A DNA stretch of 63,964 nt, the filler included, from Vicugna vicugna (taxonomy: Eukaryota): NCBI GenBank assembly GCA_013265495.1. It is 85 parts of 82 records of this genome, joined end to end, with 100 filler letters (N's around TTAATTAATTAA, not from the genome) between each part and the next. Parts side by side here need not be neighbours in the genome. Positions count along the whole stretch, not along the records: positions 47,870 to 48,526 come from PNXW01008293.1; positions 48,627 to 49,152 come from PNXW01008294.1; positions 49,253 to 49,758 come from MU059240.1; positions 49,859 to 50,319 come from PNXW01008306.1; positions 50,420 to 51,183 come from MU059241.1; positions 51,284 to 51,896 come from PNXW01008313.1; positions 51,997 to 52,817 come from PNXW01008315.1; positions 52,918 to 53,459 come from PNXW01008316.1; 77 more parts are not named here. The stretch is one strand, 5' to 3'. The notes under the pieces are model-generated. The model saw nothing but the letters and a program-made list of their open reading frames with translations. It did no database searches and was not told where the DNA came from. The position numbers and the translations under genes were made by a program. Every line of letters starts with the position of its first letter. Within the stretch, counting starts at the first letter, position 1. Below, piece by piece: positions 48,260-60,839 of this stretch.

Positions 48260-48526
48260 GGTGGTCATACCAACTGGTATAACAGCTCACCTCCAAAATG
48301 ACTCCCAGCGATTCCTGACGCCTGGTATTCACACCCTTGTGTCATCCCCTTCCACATTGCAGGTCTAAGGTTAATAGTTTACAGTAGAAGTGATGGCCTG
48401 ACACTACTGAGATTAAGTTGTAAATGACACCTGAGCTTCTGTTTTGGAGGTGTTCAAGCCCTTTCTCTCAACTTACTTTGAGAGAAGTTGGTTGCCATAT
48501 CATTGAGGACAGAGACCACCTATGAA
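48260..48526 (+). mobile_element. MLT1-type LTR fragment
   Basis: CCTCCAAAATGACTCCCAG...CCTGGTATTCACACCCTTGTGT...CCCCTTCCACATTG. Confidence 0.7.
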
Positions 48527-48626
48527 NNNNNNNNNNNNNNNNNNNNNNNNNNNNNNNNNNNNNNNNNNNNTTAATTAATTAANNNNNNNNNNNNNNNNNN
48601 NNNNNNNNNNNNNNNNNNNNNNNNNN

Positions 48627-48905
48627 CCCATGTGCTTCCATATGAATTTTGGAATCAGTTTTTCAGTTTTTAGAAAGAAGTCAGCTGGAATTTTGATAGA
48701 GATTACATTAAATTTGTAGATCACTTTGGGGAGTCTTAACATTTTTAACAATATTGTCTACCATTCCATGAACATGGGATGCCTTCCATATATGTAGATC
48801 TTTTAAATATTTTTTGGTGGTATTTCAAAATTTTCAATGTACAAATCTTGTAAAATTTTGTTAAATGTATCTCTCATTTTATTTTTAAAGCTGTTGTAAA
48901 AGGCT
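48627..48905 (-). mobile_element. Old L1M fragment
   Basis: CCATATGAATTTTGGAATCAGTTT...GCTGGAATTTTGATAG...CCATGAACATGGGAT. Confidence 0.8.
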
Positions 48906-49252
48906 GGTCTTCCTAAGGGTGGGACTATATATCAATTTATTTCCAGGATTCCTACACAGAAAATACCCTAGGTTTATATTTGCTACATAAATCTATCCAC
49001 AATTCTTCCCATACCTGTGTTATAAGAAACCAAGATCTAGGTTAAGCTGCCTGAACACTTATGTGGACGTGAGAAATGACACCCTTGGGTGGGGCTTTGT
49101 GCAGATTGTACTGAGAGCTTATTCAGGATGGTTCATCTTAATTTCTTTTAAANNNNNNNNNNNNNNNNNNNNNNNNNNNNNNNNNNNNNNNNNNNNTTAA
49201 TTAATTAANNNNNNNNNNNNNNNNNNNNNNNNNNNNNNNNNNNNNNNNNNNN

Positions 49253-49715
49253 GGATTCTTTTCATTTGTTTCTATTCTCTGATTGCTGTGGCTAGGATGT
49301 CCAAAACTGCTTTAAAGAAGAGTGAGAGTGGGCCTCCCTGGCTTGTTTCTGATCTTAGGGGGAGTGCTTTCAGCTTTTTGCTACTAAATATGATGTTAGC
49401 TGAGGGTTTGTCATATACGGCCTTTGTTATGTTGAGTTATGTTCCCTCTGTGCCCACTGTCTGCTGAGTTTTTATCATAAATGGATGTTGAATTTTATCA
49501 AAAACTTCTTCTGCATCTATTGAGATGATAATATGGCTTTTAGTCTTCAATTTGTGAATTCACATAGAGTGATTTGTGGATATTGGAAAATCCTTGCATT
49601 CCTGGGGTAATTCCTGCTTGACCATGGTGTATGGCCCTTTAGTGCATTGTTGGAGTTGGTTTGCTTGTATTTTGTTGAGGATTGTTGCATCTACGTTCAG
49701 TGATACTGGCCTGTA

Positions 49716-49716
<1 letters not shown>
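49253..49716 (-). mobile_element. LINE-1 ORF2 fragment, followed by (TG)n to 49758
   Basis: Antisense RT region (GGATGTTGAATTTTATCAAA, CTGCATCTATTGAGAT). Confidence 0.9.
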
Positions 49717-49758
<42 letters not shown>

Positions 49759-49858
49759 NNNNNNNNNNNNNNNNNNNNNNNNNNNNNNNNNNNNNNNNNN
49801 NNTTAATTAATTAANNNNNNNNNNNNNNNNNNNNNNNNNNNNNNNNNNNNNNNNNNNN

Positions 49859-50319
49859 GTATGAACTCTTTTTTCTATGTTTGATAAATTCCCCAGTGAA
49901 GCCATCTGGTCTTTGACTTTTGTTTGCAGGAAGGTTTTTGAATTGATTCTATTTTGCTTCAAGTGATTGATTTTTTCAGATGATTTATTTCTTTTTGATT
50001 CAGTTTTGGTATTCTATATGTTTCTAGAAACTTGTCCATTTCTTCTGAGTTGTCCAATTTATTGCCATATAGTTGTTCATAGTATTCTCTTATTTTTTGT
50101 ATTTCTGTGGTGTTGGTTATAATTTCTCCATTTTCCTTTCTTATTTGGTTCATGTGTGTCCTCTCATCTTTTTCCTTCTTGGTGAGCCTGGCCAGAGGTT
50201 TGTCAGTACTGTTTACTCTTTCAAAAAGCTAGCTCTTAGTTGGACTGATTTCTTATATTGATTCATTCATCTCAATTTTACTTATTTCCTCCCTAATCTT
50301 TATTATTTCTTTCTTTCTG
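49859..50319 (-). mobile_element. LINE-1 ORF2 fragment
   Basis: GEIITNTTEIQKIREYYEQLYGNKLDNSEEMDKFLETY. Confidence 0.93.
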
Positions 50320-50419
50320 NNNNNNNNNNNNNNNNNNNNNNNNNNNNNNNNNNNNNNNNNNNNTTAATTAATTAANNNNNNNNNNNNNNNNNNNNNNNNN
50401 NNNNNNNNNNNNNNNNNNN

Positions 50420-51183
50420 CCTCTTGCAGCCCCTTTTCGCAGTAATCATAAAATTGTTTAGTAGTTCTGCGAGTGTGTTTCAGTTTTGTAGATGAAATCA
50501 TAGTGTCCCCTTCCAAATATTTTTTTTAAGCTTCTTCATATATAATGTCTTGTATTATATTTCTTTCTTTTTCTGGCTTACTTCAATTAGAATGACACTT
50601 TTGGAGGACATTCATTTTGCTGCAAATGTCATTGTTTTATCATTTTTATCGTAGAATATTATTCCCTTATATAAATACGGTGTAACTTCTGTATACTGTC
50701 TTCTGTTGTTGGACAATTGGGTTGCTTCCATGTTGTGGCTGTTGTATACAGCACTGCTAAGGACATTGGAGTTCAGGTGTCTTTTTGAAATAGGGTTCCT
50801 TTTGATATATACCCAGAAGTGGGATTGCTGGATCGTATGTTAAGTTTATTTTTATACATTAGAGGAATCTCCATTCTGGTTTCCAAAATGACTGNNNNNN
50901 NNNNNNNNNNNNNNNNNNNNNNNNNNNNNNNNNNNNNNNNNNNNNNNNNNNNNNNNNNNNNNNNNNNNNNNNNNNNNNNNNNNNNNNNNNNNNNNNNNNN
51001 NNNNNNNNNNNNNNNNNNNNNNNNNNNNNNNNNNNNNNNNNNNNNNNNNNNNNNNNNNNNNNNNNNNNNNNNNNNTGTGGCATTTGAATGTCTCTATTGG
51101 AGAATTGCTTGTTTAGGGCTTCTGCATATTTTTAGATTGGGTTTCTTGATTTTTATTATTATTATTAGGTTGTATGAAGTCTT
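50420..51183 (-). mobile_element. Degenerate LINE-1 3' region
   Basis: ATATACCCAGAAGTGGGATTGCTGGATCGTATG. Confidence 0.85.
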
Positions 51184-51283
51184 NNNNNNNNNNNNNNNNN
51201 NNNNNNNNNNNNNNNNNNNNNNNNNNNTTAATTAATTAANNNNNNNNNNNNNNNNNNNNNNNNNNNNNNNNNNNNNNNNNNNN

Positions 51284-51896
51284 TCTTGTGACTATGGTGA
51301 TTTTTTCCAGGCGCGTTTTAAATCACTGAGTTGCTCATGAACTTTGTTGATTTGAATCCTACAGCTGCTGGTAGGTCTATTGGGATTCCACCTCCTTTGG
51401 ACGCTGTGTACTTGCTGAGTTCGCATAGATGATTCTTTCTTAGCTTTCAGCTTGCTTCAGTCTGATTTTTCTACAGATAACTTTTCAGACATTTTTTGTT
51501 TCTTTATCTCTTGCTTTTCCTTCTGGGACTCTTATGACTCCTTGTCTTTCATGCCTTGTCTTACCCAGGATTCAACAGCAATGTTTTCATTGGTTTGCAC
51601 TTGCTTTCCTATGTCTGCTTCTGACCGAGGCATTTCTGTTCCCCTGTCTTCACAGTCATTCACGCGTCCCTCCGCATTATCTAGTCTGCTTAGGACTGAA
51701 TTATAGCCCTGATGTTATCTCATTCACTGAGTTTTCTGATATTATTTGGCTCGTCTTAAGGCTTTCTCTTCCCCTTTTCTGGTATTCTGCCTTTTGTGAT
51801 TCTGAGACACTGTTGTTCTTCAGTGTTTCCCTCACCTCCATTTATCTCTGTATATCGTTTTGCAGTCTAGTTGTTTGAAAGCTTATCTTTTGGGCC
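51284..51896 (-). mobile_element. Degenerate LINE-1 ORF1 relic, paralogue of 26117-26932
   Basis: SRLDNAEGRVNDCEDR on the minus strand; long identical tracts with ~26214-26821. Confidence 0.75.
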
Positions 51897-52079
51897 NNNN
51901 NNNNNNNNNNNNNNNNNNNNNNNNNNNNNNNNNNNNNNNNTTAATTAATTAANNNNNNNNNNNNNNNNNNNNNNNNNNNNNNNNNNNNNNNNNNNNAACT
52001 CACAGTACCAAGCTAAAGTAGCTGAAGCAGATTAATTCAGTGTTTTATAATTTAGATTGCATTTAATGGGTACACAAGT

Positions 52080-52560
52080 TTACTACAGGTGTTGTAACAA
52101 ATTACCACAAACTTGGTGCCTCAAAACAACACACATTTTATTCTTTATAGTCCTGGTGTTAGAAGTCTGAAGTCAGCCTCACTAGGCTGAAAACAAAGTC
52201 TCATCAGAGCCATACTCCCTCCAGAAACTCTAGAGGAGAATCCATTCCTAGCCTCTTCCAGCTTCTGGTGGCTGCTGGAATCCCTTGGCTTGTGGCCACA
52301 TCACTCCAATTTCTCCTTCTGTGTTCACACTGCCTCCTTCTCTTCTGCCTGTGTATTGTCAAATCTCCCTCTTCCACTCTCTTATAACGAATTATATGAT
52401 TGCATTTAGGACCCACCCAGATAATCCACAATAATCTCCCCACTTCAGGAGTCTTAACTTAATCACATCTGTAAAGACTTTTCTCCATATATGGTAACGT
52501 TCACAGATTTCAAGAATTAGAATCCAGTTATCTTTGTAATCTATTTTCCAGCCCATCACA
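52080..52560 (-). mobile_element. MLT1 (MaLR) LTR
   Basis: TGTAACAAATTACCACAAACTTGGTG...CCTCTTCCAGCTTCTGGTGGCTGC...CCCAGATAATCCA. Confidence 0.88.
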
Positions 52561-53559
52561 GCGGGTTTAATCCTTGTTAACAAAGTGGTGTATTTTATTG
52601 AACTCCTCAGTGATAGCATTTACTTATTCTCATTTCACAGTTGAGAGCACTAAGATCTGGAGAATTGCATATCTAACTTTCAAATATATCCTGAGGTTTA
52701 TATTAGATGACATTCAGTGTCAAGCTTATTACCTGACTTGATGTTGAAATCCCATCCTTGTGTGTTGTCAGAGATAAAATAGGTGTTGAGAAATGACCTC
52801 TAGCACCAAGAGGGAAANNNNNNNNNNNNNNNNNNNNNNNNNNNNNNNNNNNNNNNNNNNNTTAATTAATTAANNNNNNNNNNNNNNNNNNNNNNNNNNN
52901 NNNNNNNNNNNNNNNNNATTCTTTTTAAGTGTAAAGCACAGGTATACATACAGAACATAACATAAATATAATGTATCTGTGGTATCTATATATGTCTATA
53001 AAAGTCTCCCTGTGGGGTGAAATATTGAAAAAAATGGCTTAGGAATACTGATGTAGTAGCTTAAGTAGGATTTCTAAGATGACTCCGTATGTTGGTGTTT
53101 ATATTTAGACTCTCTAGTGCCTAGATCCTTACTTTCTATATCTCACAAACTTCTATCTTACAGACTTGTGCTGTAAGAAAGGGTCTCAGAGAAGACAGGG
53201 GCCTTCCCTGGAGCACCATTACGGGGTATCCCCCCAGCCTCATCTGGTTCTCACCAGGTTTCTCTGCGTCATGATGAGAGAACTTCAGTGCAGTATGTGT
53301 CTCTATTTGACAGCCTGGGGTCCGTGGTTTTCCCTCTAAAGAGTCGTCCGAACCCACGCCATGAGACAGTGTTATTTGCCTCTGTTCGCCCTGTCAGAAG
53401 GTCTAGGTCCTTATTATATGCTATTTGTGTTCCATGCAAAACAATCCATATTAGTTTTCNNNNNNNNNNNNNNNNNNNNNNNNNNNNNNNNNNNNNNNNN
53501 NNNTTAATTAATTAANNNNNNNNNNNNNNNNNNNNNNNNNNNNNNNNNNNNNNNNNNNN

Positions 53560-53978
53560 CTCTCTTCAGTCACAAGTGTTCCCTTTTCGCGGATGTCCGA
53601 GAAATACCTCTCTGATCTTGGGGAGGCAACCTCTGTCATTGGGATGTCCTGCAAAACCCCCTAGCATTCCCTGGCACAGAGACATTAGGAAAACACTCAG
53701 GGGAGACGAGCTTAGGCTTTCCGTTAGAACCCACGCGCTGCCGACCGTTGTTGGAACCTCCCGCGCTTAGTATTCCGGAACCATTGTCAGTGCGTGGGGA
53801 AGCTCGAGTGACAACTCCACGCAGCTCTCTTCATTCACAAGTGTCCCCTGTTCGGGGAAGTCCGAGAAATATCTTCCCTGAACTTGGGGAGGCAACCTTT
53901 GACACTGGGATAGGGATGTCCTTGCCCCTAGAATTCCAAGGCACAGAGACATTAGGAAAACCCTCAGGGGAGACTAGC
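53560..53978 (+). repeat. SatB satellite
   Basis: ~1.5 monomers. Confidence 0.93.
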
Positions 53979-54078
53979 NNNNNNNNNNNNNNNNNNNNNN
54001 NNNNNNNNNNNNNNNNNNNNNNTTAATTAATTAANNNNNNNNNNNNNNNNNNNNNNNNNNNNNNNNNNNNNNNNNNNN

Positions 54079-54591
54079 GGAAAAAAAGGAAGATGAAAAG
54101 GCAAAACAGTGCAGGACCGGTCCTGCGGGGAAGGAGCGGCAAAAGAGGACTGGCACTCGTTCACTGGGTCTCCCCCTCTCCAACCGAGAGGCCAGCAGGA
54201 CGGAGGGGGAGCCTCCGAGGCTCGGATCTGTATACAGCAGCCCTTGACCGACAGAACTAAGTTAAATGGGCACAGAGGGTCCCTGCGACCCCCAGCCCAA
54301 GACCCGAGCAGGGTAAGAGCTNNNNNNNNNNNNNNNNNNNNNNNNNNNNNNNNNNNNNNNNNNNNNNNNNNNNNNNNNNNNNNNNNNNNNNNNNNNNNNN
54401 NNNNNNNNNNNNNNAACGTGGATGGTGCACAGGGCGGAACAACCTGGGTCCTCCATAAAACAGCACGGCTGATGTGCCCTGGGGGGGACGGGTGCATACC
54501 CCCATCTCTGAAAACCCACGGAAGGTTTTCGGCGAGGAGAGACGGAGCTCAGGCGCAGCCACCATATCCTCTGGCACTTGGCACCCAGGTG
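54079..54591 (+). mobile_element. Probable LINE-1 5' UTR (CpG-rich internal promoter)
   Basis: A-rich lead into GGACCGGTCCTGCGGGGAAGGAGC...GGAGGGGGAGCCTCCGAGGCTCGG, resembling cetartiodactyl L1 5' UTRs; CpGs retained. Confidence 0.55.
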
Positions 54592-54691
54592 NNNNNNNNN
54601 NNNNNNNNNNNNNNNNNNNNNNNNNNNNNNNNNNNTTAATTAATTAANNNNNNNNNNNNNNNNNNNNNNNNNNNNNNNNNNNNNNNNNNNN

Positions 54692-55154
54692 CAGCACACA
54701 CACGAAGAACTATTCGGCTATCCTAAGTGTGGGGAGACTACTCAAACTGACGGCAGCACCAGGGATCTAATAAAATCTCTTGGAATGACATCCCTGATTG
54801 TTTCCATTGGCCGCGATGTGAGTTAAGGTGGGGTTGGGCACTAAACCAAAGTAATAGCGAGTGCCTCTCTATGAGCAGTGGAAGTGTTTACCTACATGCC
54901 CAACCTGGGAACACCTGTGATCCAATAAATAAACGTGGACTTTGTTTCCCCACCTCCAGGACACACATGAAGAATATTTCTGGTCTCCTGAGTGTGGGGA
55001 GGCTCCTCCAACTGAGAGCAGCACCTGAGATCTAATAGAATCAACTTGGCTTGAATTCCCTGAGAGTTTCCATAGGCCGGGCTGTGAGCGAAGGTGTGGT
55101 AACCAAAGAAATAGCGAGTGCCTCTCTATGAGCAGTGAAAGTGTTTAACTACAT
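54692..55154 (-). repeat. SatC satellite
   Basis: GCAGCACC at 54753 and 55018 (265-bp period). Confidence 0.9.
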
Positions 55155-55344
55155 NNNNNNNNNNNNNNNNNNNNNNNNNNNNNNNNNNNNNNNNNNNNTT
55201 AATTAATTAANNNNNNNNNNNNNNNNNNNNNNNNNNNNNNNNNNNNNNNNNNNNCTTGTTGAGTAACTCTAGTTTTGTGGCCAAGTACCACCCCCTAGAG
55301 GCACCGTAGGTTCTTTACGTCTGTAACTCTCCCCTGTTTGGCAG

Positions 55345-55415
55345 ATCGTGGAGGCGGTGTATGAACCAGTGCTGGAAGGCGTCTACTCTGAAAAGGTGAC
55401 CACCACCATCAGCAG
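55345..55415 (+). CDS. Candidate 71-nt internal exon, gene unidentified
   Basis: Acceptor CTCTCCCCTGTTTGGCAG and donor CAG|GTAATT; the only open frame is IVEAVYEPVLEGVYSEKVTTTIS. Confidence 0.45.
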
Positions 55416-56157
55416 GTAATTTTGTCTCACAACCGCGAACCTGTCGGGATTATCAAGAAATACCTCACAAAGTCACTATGTAAATATTTACAAAGGGGAA
55501 GGGATCCCAAAGAACCCAAGCCTAGAAAAACGTTTGTGCATCACCAGTCACGGGGACCATTTGTAAGTCACCCAAGTGTCCAAGAAGACGTAGGACATTG
55601 ACTTGACATACTGCGACCATTAGATTGATGATTCAGAAGACTTTGTATCAGCCTGTGAAACAAGTGCGATCTGAAGCTTAGGAAAACAAAATGTGCAACT
55701 GTTTATAACTATCAGATAAGACATAAAAATAGGTGTAGATGTGAAAAAAGGCTGGACAAGAACACAGTAAACTAAAAAAGGCCACGTCAAAAAATTACAA
55801 GCATTTTTTTCATTCATATTTTTAAGTTGGTAATATTCTATTTTTAAGTTGATAATGTTATATAATAATTTCTCAAAGAAAGTCAGAAAGAAGTGCTCCA
55901 GCTAGCCAGGTAGGAGGAGTGTAATGAAAGTCCTTATCCCTTTGGAGTCCCCACAGGGCTTGTCGCAGCTGACCTCACCCGTGCTCTCTGCCCCCTCCAC
56001 CCCAGCCACAGGGAGCCCCTGTGCGTCCCAGCAAGCACCCTCCCTCTGGCCCGTCTCNNNNNNNNNNNNNNNNNNNNNNNNNNNNNNNNNNNNNNNNNNN
56101 NTTAATTAATTAANNNNNNNNNNNNNNNNNNNNNNNNNNNNNNNNNNNNNNNNNNNN

Positions 56158-56875
56158 AAACTAAATAAATTTCATGATAATTCAAAGGAAAATGACCACA
56201 CAATAAAACGAAGATAAAATGAACAAAGAGGAAATACCAATTCAACTGCAAAGATAAGGTCAAATTGGCAATAAACACAAACATATCATCAATTATTGTA
56301 AATGTTAATGGATTAAATGCTCCAGTCAAATGTCATAGAGTGGCAGGGTGGATAATATAACAAGAAATTTCAATATGCTTCATACAAGAGACCCACTTCA
56401 GAGAGAAAGAAACATATAGATTGAGAAACGAAGGATGGAAATGGTATTCCATAGAATTGGACTATTCCATAGAATTGGAAAGGCCAAAAAATCAGGTGTT
56501 GCAGTACTTAATACAGACAAAATAGTCTTTAAAACAAAGGCCATAAAGAAAGATAAAGAGGACATTATATAATGATTGAAAGAGTGATACAATATGAGGA
56601 TAGCACACTCGTTAATACATATGCACCAAATACAGGAGCGCATAAGTACATAAAATGTTTACAAACAGATATAAAGGGGGATTTCCGTTTGGAGATTTCA
56701 ACACTGCATTAACATCACTGGACAGATCATTGAGACTGAAAATAAATTAGGCAACAGAGAAGTTATATAATAGAATAGAAATATTAGACTTGCTGGATAT
56801 TTTCAGAGCATTGCACCCCCCACATATAGGATATACATTCTTTTGAAGTGCACTTGGAATATTTTCCTGGATTCA
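56158..56875 (+). mobile_element. Degenerate LINE-1 ORF2 endonuclease region
   Basis: AATGTTAATGGATTAAATGCTCCAGTCAAA (NVNGLNAP) and ATATGCACCAAA (YAPN). Confidence 0.93.
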
Positions 56876-57970
56876 NNNNNNNNNNNNNNNNNNNNNNNNN
56901 NNNNNNNNNNNNNNNNNNNTTAATTAATTAANNNNNNNNNNNNNNNNNNNNNNNNNNNNNNNNNNNNNNNNNNNNTTAATGCCCAATTCCTTGAAGAGTC
57001 AGTGCCCTTGGAAGGTGCCCGTGGGCACGGCTGCTCTCCTGTTCTTTGTCGTCCATACTTACATGCAACAGGAGCAAAAAGTCCTTTGAAACGAACCTAA
57101 GCACATCAGGAAAGCAGCTGCTGCTGCACTGCAGACTACGGCTCCATCTCTCTGCATAAAAGGAACACCAAGCCTGCTTCAGGCATCTGGGGGACATTCA
57201 ATGCTTGGTTGGAGATCTGGGCCTTGCTCCTGGCATTTTGTTGCTGTTGCTGCCTCCTTCTTCCTTTTTCCCTTCCTTCTTTTTGATTTCAAGTGGAATC
57301 AGCTTGGTGCTGCTGGTATCCGTGATGTGACAAAATAATGATTCACCGCATAGAACTGGGGTGTCCTGCCAGCAACTTGCAGGGGAAATAAATACCAGAG
57401 CAATCACGAGGATTATCCTCCCAGCCAGCGTGATGTGACATAGAACAAACAATTTCACTGCAGGGAGGAAGCGTCCCTCTGGAGTTGGGCAAGTGTGGTC
57501 TTCGCTGCTTTCCAGACAGAAACTTTGTGGACGGGCTTCCAAAGTTCAGATGCGCGTCAGAGGGCCAGAGCGCTAATGAAGCCAGGCAGTGCCTTTTTTT
57601 TTTTTCTACTCTTTGAAACATAAAAAATAGTCCTCAGAGCTAGATCATTTTAGATGCCTCTTCCAGTGCCTCGTTCTGCTTGCTGAATCACTTTTCTACA
57701 TCTTGATTTTGCAAAATGAGTCAGCACAAATCAGACTGCTAATATACATTCCGTAGTTTGTGACCACTGTCTAGGGGGAAAATGCACACGGGCATTTCCT
57801 CACTTAATGCCACAGAGAAAGTGCGAAAAACGAAGAAATGTATACATTGCTCTCTGTGTGCCAAGAACTGNNNNNNNNNNNNNNNNNNNNNNNNNNNNNN
57901 NNNNNNNNNNNNNNTTAATTAATTAANNNNNNNNNNNNNNNNNNNNNNNNNNNNNNNNNNNNNNNNNNNN

Positions 57971-58748
57971 TGTAATCCACATGCACACAAGTCAGAAACG
58001 CATGATTGCCAAATAGCACATACATGTAGCATGTACGGACCCCGGAATGCCATGTTGTTGGAATACATGTAAATTACATATCTTTTAGGAGGAAAACGCT
58101 CCAGAACTATTTTTCTGTGAAATATACACGAATTCGAACCTGGTGTTAGGGAAAGCTTGTGAAAATGTGTACACGTGTCTAGATGAAAATATTCCTTTTA
58201 TAGAGGATGAAAGATTAGTAATCCACATGCACTCAACTCAGGAATGCATGTTTGTCANNNNNNNNNNNNNNNNNNNNNNNNNNNNNNNNNNNNNNNNNNN
58301 NNNNNNNNNNNNNNNNNNNNNNNNNNNNNNNNNNNNNNNNNNNNNNNNNNNNNNNNNNNNNNNNNNNNNNNNNNNNNNNNNNNNNNNNNNNNNNNNNNNN
58401 NNNNNNNNNNNNNNNNNNNNNNNNNNNNNNNNNNNNNNNNNNNNNNNNNNNNNNNNNNNNNNNNNNNNNNNNNNNNNNNNNNNNNNNNNNNNNNNNNNNN
58501 NNNNNNNNNNNNNNNNNNNNNNNNNNNNNNNNNNNNNNNNNNNNNNNNNNNNNNNNNNNNNNNNNNNNNNNNNNNNNNNNNNNGAATATCATGTAGATGG
58601 AATCTATACAAATTACATATCTCTAGGGAAGGATTCGCTCCAACAGGGTTTTTGTGGGATCAAAGTGTGATTCTTGAAAGTGGTGATAGGCAGAAGATAC
58701 GAAGTCAAAGAAAATATTTCATAGTGCATAGGTAACTTGTTTGGTGGT
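57971..58748 (+). repeat. SatA satellite
   Basis: Same units as 28828-29806. Confidence 0.93.
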
Positions 58749-59544
58749 NNNNNNNNNNNNNNNNNNNNNNNNNNNNNNNNNNNNNNNNNNNNTTAATTAA
58801 TTAANNNNNNNNNNNNNNNNNNNNNNNNNNNNNNNNNNNNNNNNNNNNACATTCTATATCAAGTAATTTAGTATCTAATCTAAGGTATTAAGAAGGGCAT
58901 GACTCCTAGGACAAGGACTGTGGCAGACTTTGAGTTGCCACCTCATAATTTTCTTTTTTTAAATTAGTTCACAAGAGCCAGAGTGAGACCCTAGGAGGCA
59001 GCGTGGTCTAGGGGACCAAACATCAGCTTAGGAATCAAGTAAACAAGGATTCAGTTTCTAGAAGAGTGACTTATGAACAGAGTGACTTATCTCAAATCAT
59101 TTTTTTTGTTTGTTACAAATATGGAACCTAGGCTCTGAGAGTTTAAGTAACTTTGCNNNNNNNNNNNNNNNNNNNNNNNNNNNNNNNNNNNNNNNNNNNN
59201 NNNNNNNNNNNNTCTTTCCCACATACTAGCCAGCAAAACAGGAAAGCTAAAAATGACATTTTGTTCTCGTAGGCTATAACCCATAAATCTGCCATACCCA
59301 ACTTTATGACGGAGATGGAGAAGACTGAGGCCTGGGCAATTAGGACACTAAGTCAAGGAGGCCCTGGACTCTGGAGTAAGAAGTCCCACAAGGAGAGTTA
59401 GAGCAAATAATTCTTTTCCAAGCAGAGGGTAGAAGACTAGGCTGNNNNNNNNNNNNNNNNNNNNNNNNNNNNNNNNNNNNNNNNNNNNTTAATTAATTAA
59501 NNNNNNNNNNNNNNNNNNNNNNNNNNNNNNNNNNNNNNNNNNNN

Positions 59545-60051
59545 TGACCTTTCATCCACCAAACATTGCGTATATACACTTAGAATTATGTACTCTGATT
59601 TAATAGATTTTTCTATCACCAGGTTCTAACATCAGACATCTGGCACCAGAAAACACTCTTTGAGCCAATTCTTACAAATACACATGTAATTTACATTGTT
59701 TACATAACCATGGCATTCCGTATTACGAACATGTTTGATGCATCACGGATTCCTCAAATTTGAATTTCTGAGTTGTGAACATGCGCATGACTGATGTTTC
59801 AACAACCAAACAAGTTACCTATGCACTCTGAAATATTTACTTTGACTTTGTACCTTCTTCCTATCACNNNNNNNNNNNNNNNNNNNNNNNNNNNNNNNNN
59901 NNNNNNNNNNNNNNNNNNNNNNNNNNNNNNNNNNNNNNNNNNNNNNNNNNCCCTAGAGATATTTGAATAGATTCCATCTACATGATATTCCGTGATTCGT
60001 ATATGTTACATACATGACGGATTCAACAAATATACATTCCTGAGTTGAGGT
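59545..60051 (-). repeat. SatA satellite
   Basis: Reverse-complement units. Confidence 0.92.
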
Positions 60052-60151
60052 NNNNNNNNNNNNNNNNNNNNNNNNNNNNNNNNNNNNNNNNNNNNTTAAT
60101 TAATTAANNNNNNNNNNNNNNNNNNNNNNNNNNNNNNNNNNNNNNNNNNNN

Positions 60152-60739
60152 AAGAGGGTTTTTCTGGTATCAAAGTGCGATTCTTGAAACTGGTGACAGG
60201 AAGAAGCTACGAAGTCTAAGTAAATATTTCAGAGTGCATACGTAACTTGTTTGGTGCTTGATAGATCAGTCATGCGCATGTTCACAACTCAGAAATGCAT
60301 GTTTGAGGAATCCGTGATGCATGAAACATGTTCGTAGTACGGAATGACATGGTTATGTAAACAATGCAAATTACATGTGTATTGGTGAGATTTCGCTCAA
60401 AGAGTGTTTTCTGTTGCCAAAAGTCCGATTTTAGATCTTGGTGATAGAAAAAACTATGAAGTCCGAGTAAATATTTCTAAGCCTATATACACCTTGTTTG
60501 GTGGATGAAAGGTCAGTAATCCACATGCTCACAATCCAGAAACGTATGATTGCCGAATCCGTCATACATGTAGCATGTACGGAACCCGGAATGCCAAGAA
60601 TGCCATGTTGTTGGAATTCATGTAAATTACACATCTGTTAGGTGGAAATGGCTCCAGAACAATTTTTCTCTGAAAAATGCACGAATTTGAACCAAGTGTT
60701 AGGGACAGCTTGTGAAAATGTGTACACGTGTCTAGATGA
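60152..60739 (+). repeat. SatA satellite
   Basis: Units with a 9-bp duplication GAATGCCAA near 60590-60606. Confidence 0.93.
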
Positions 60740-60839
60740 NNNNNNNNNNNNNNNNNNNNNNNNNNNNNNNNNNNNNNNNNNNNTTAATTAATTAANNNNN
60801 NNNNNNNNNNNNNNNNNNNNNNNNNNNNNNNNNNNNNNN

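Noticed and set aside
53268..53400. C/D-box snoRNA starting ATGATGA
   Set aside because: No appropriately placed D box (CTGA) or terminal stem.
57198..57542. 114-aa minus-strand ORF with a hydrophobic stretch
   Set aside because: Non-ATG start, no recognisable family and a low-complexity tail.
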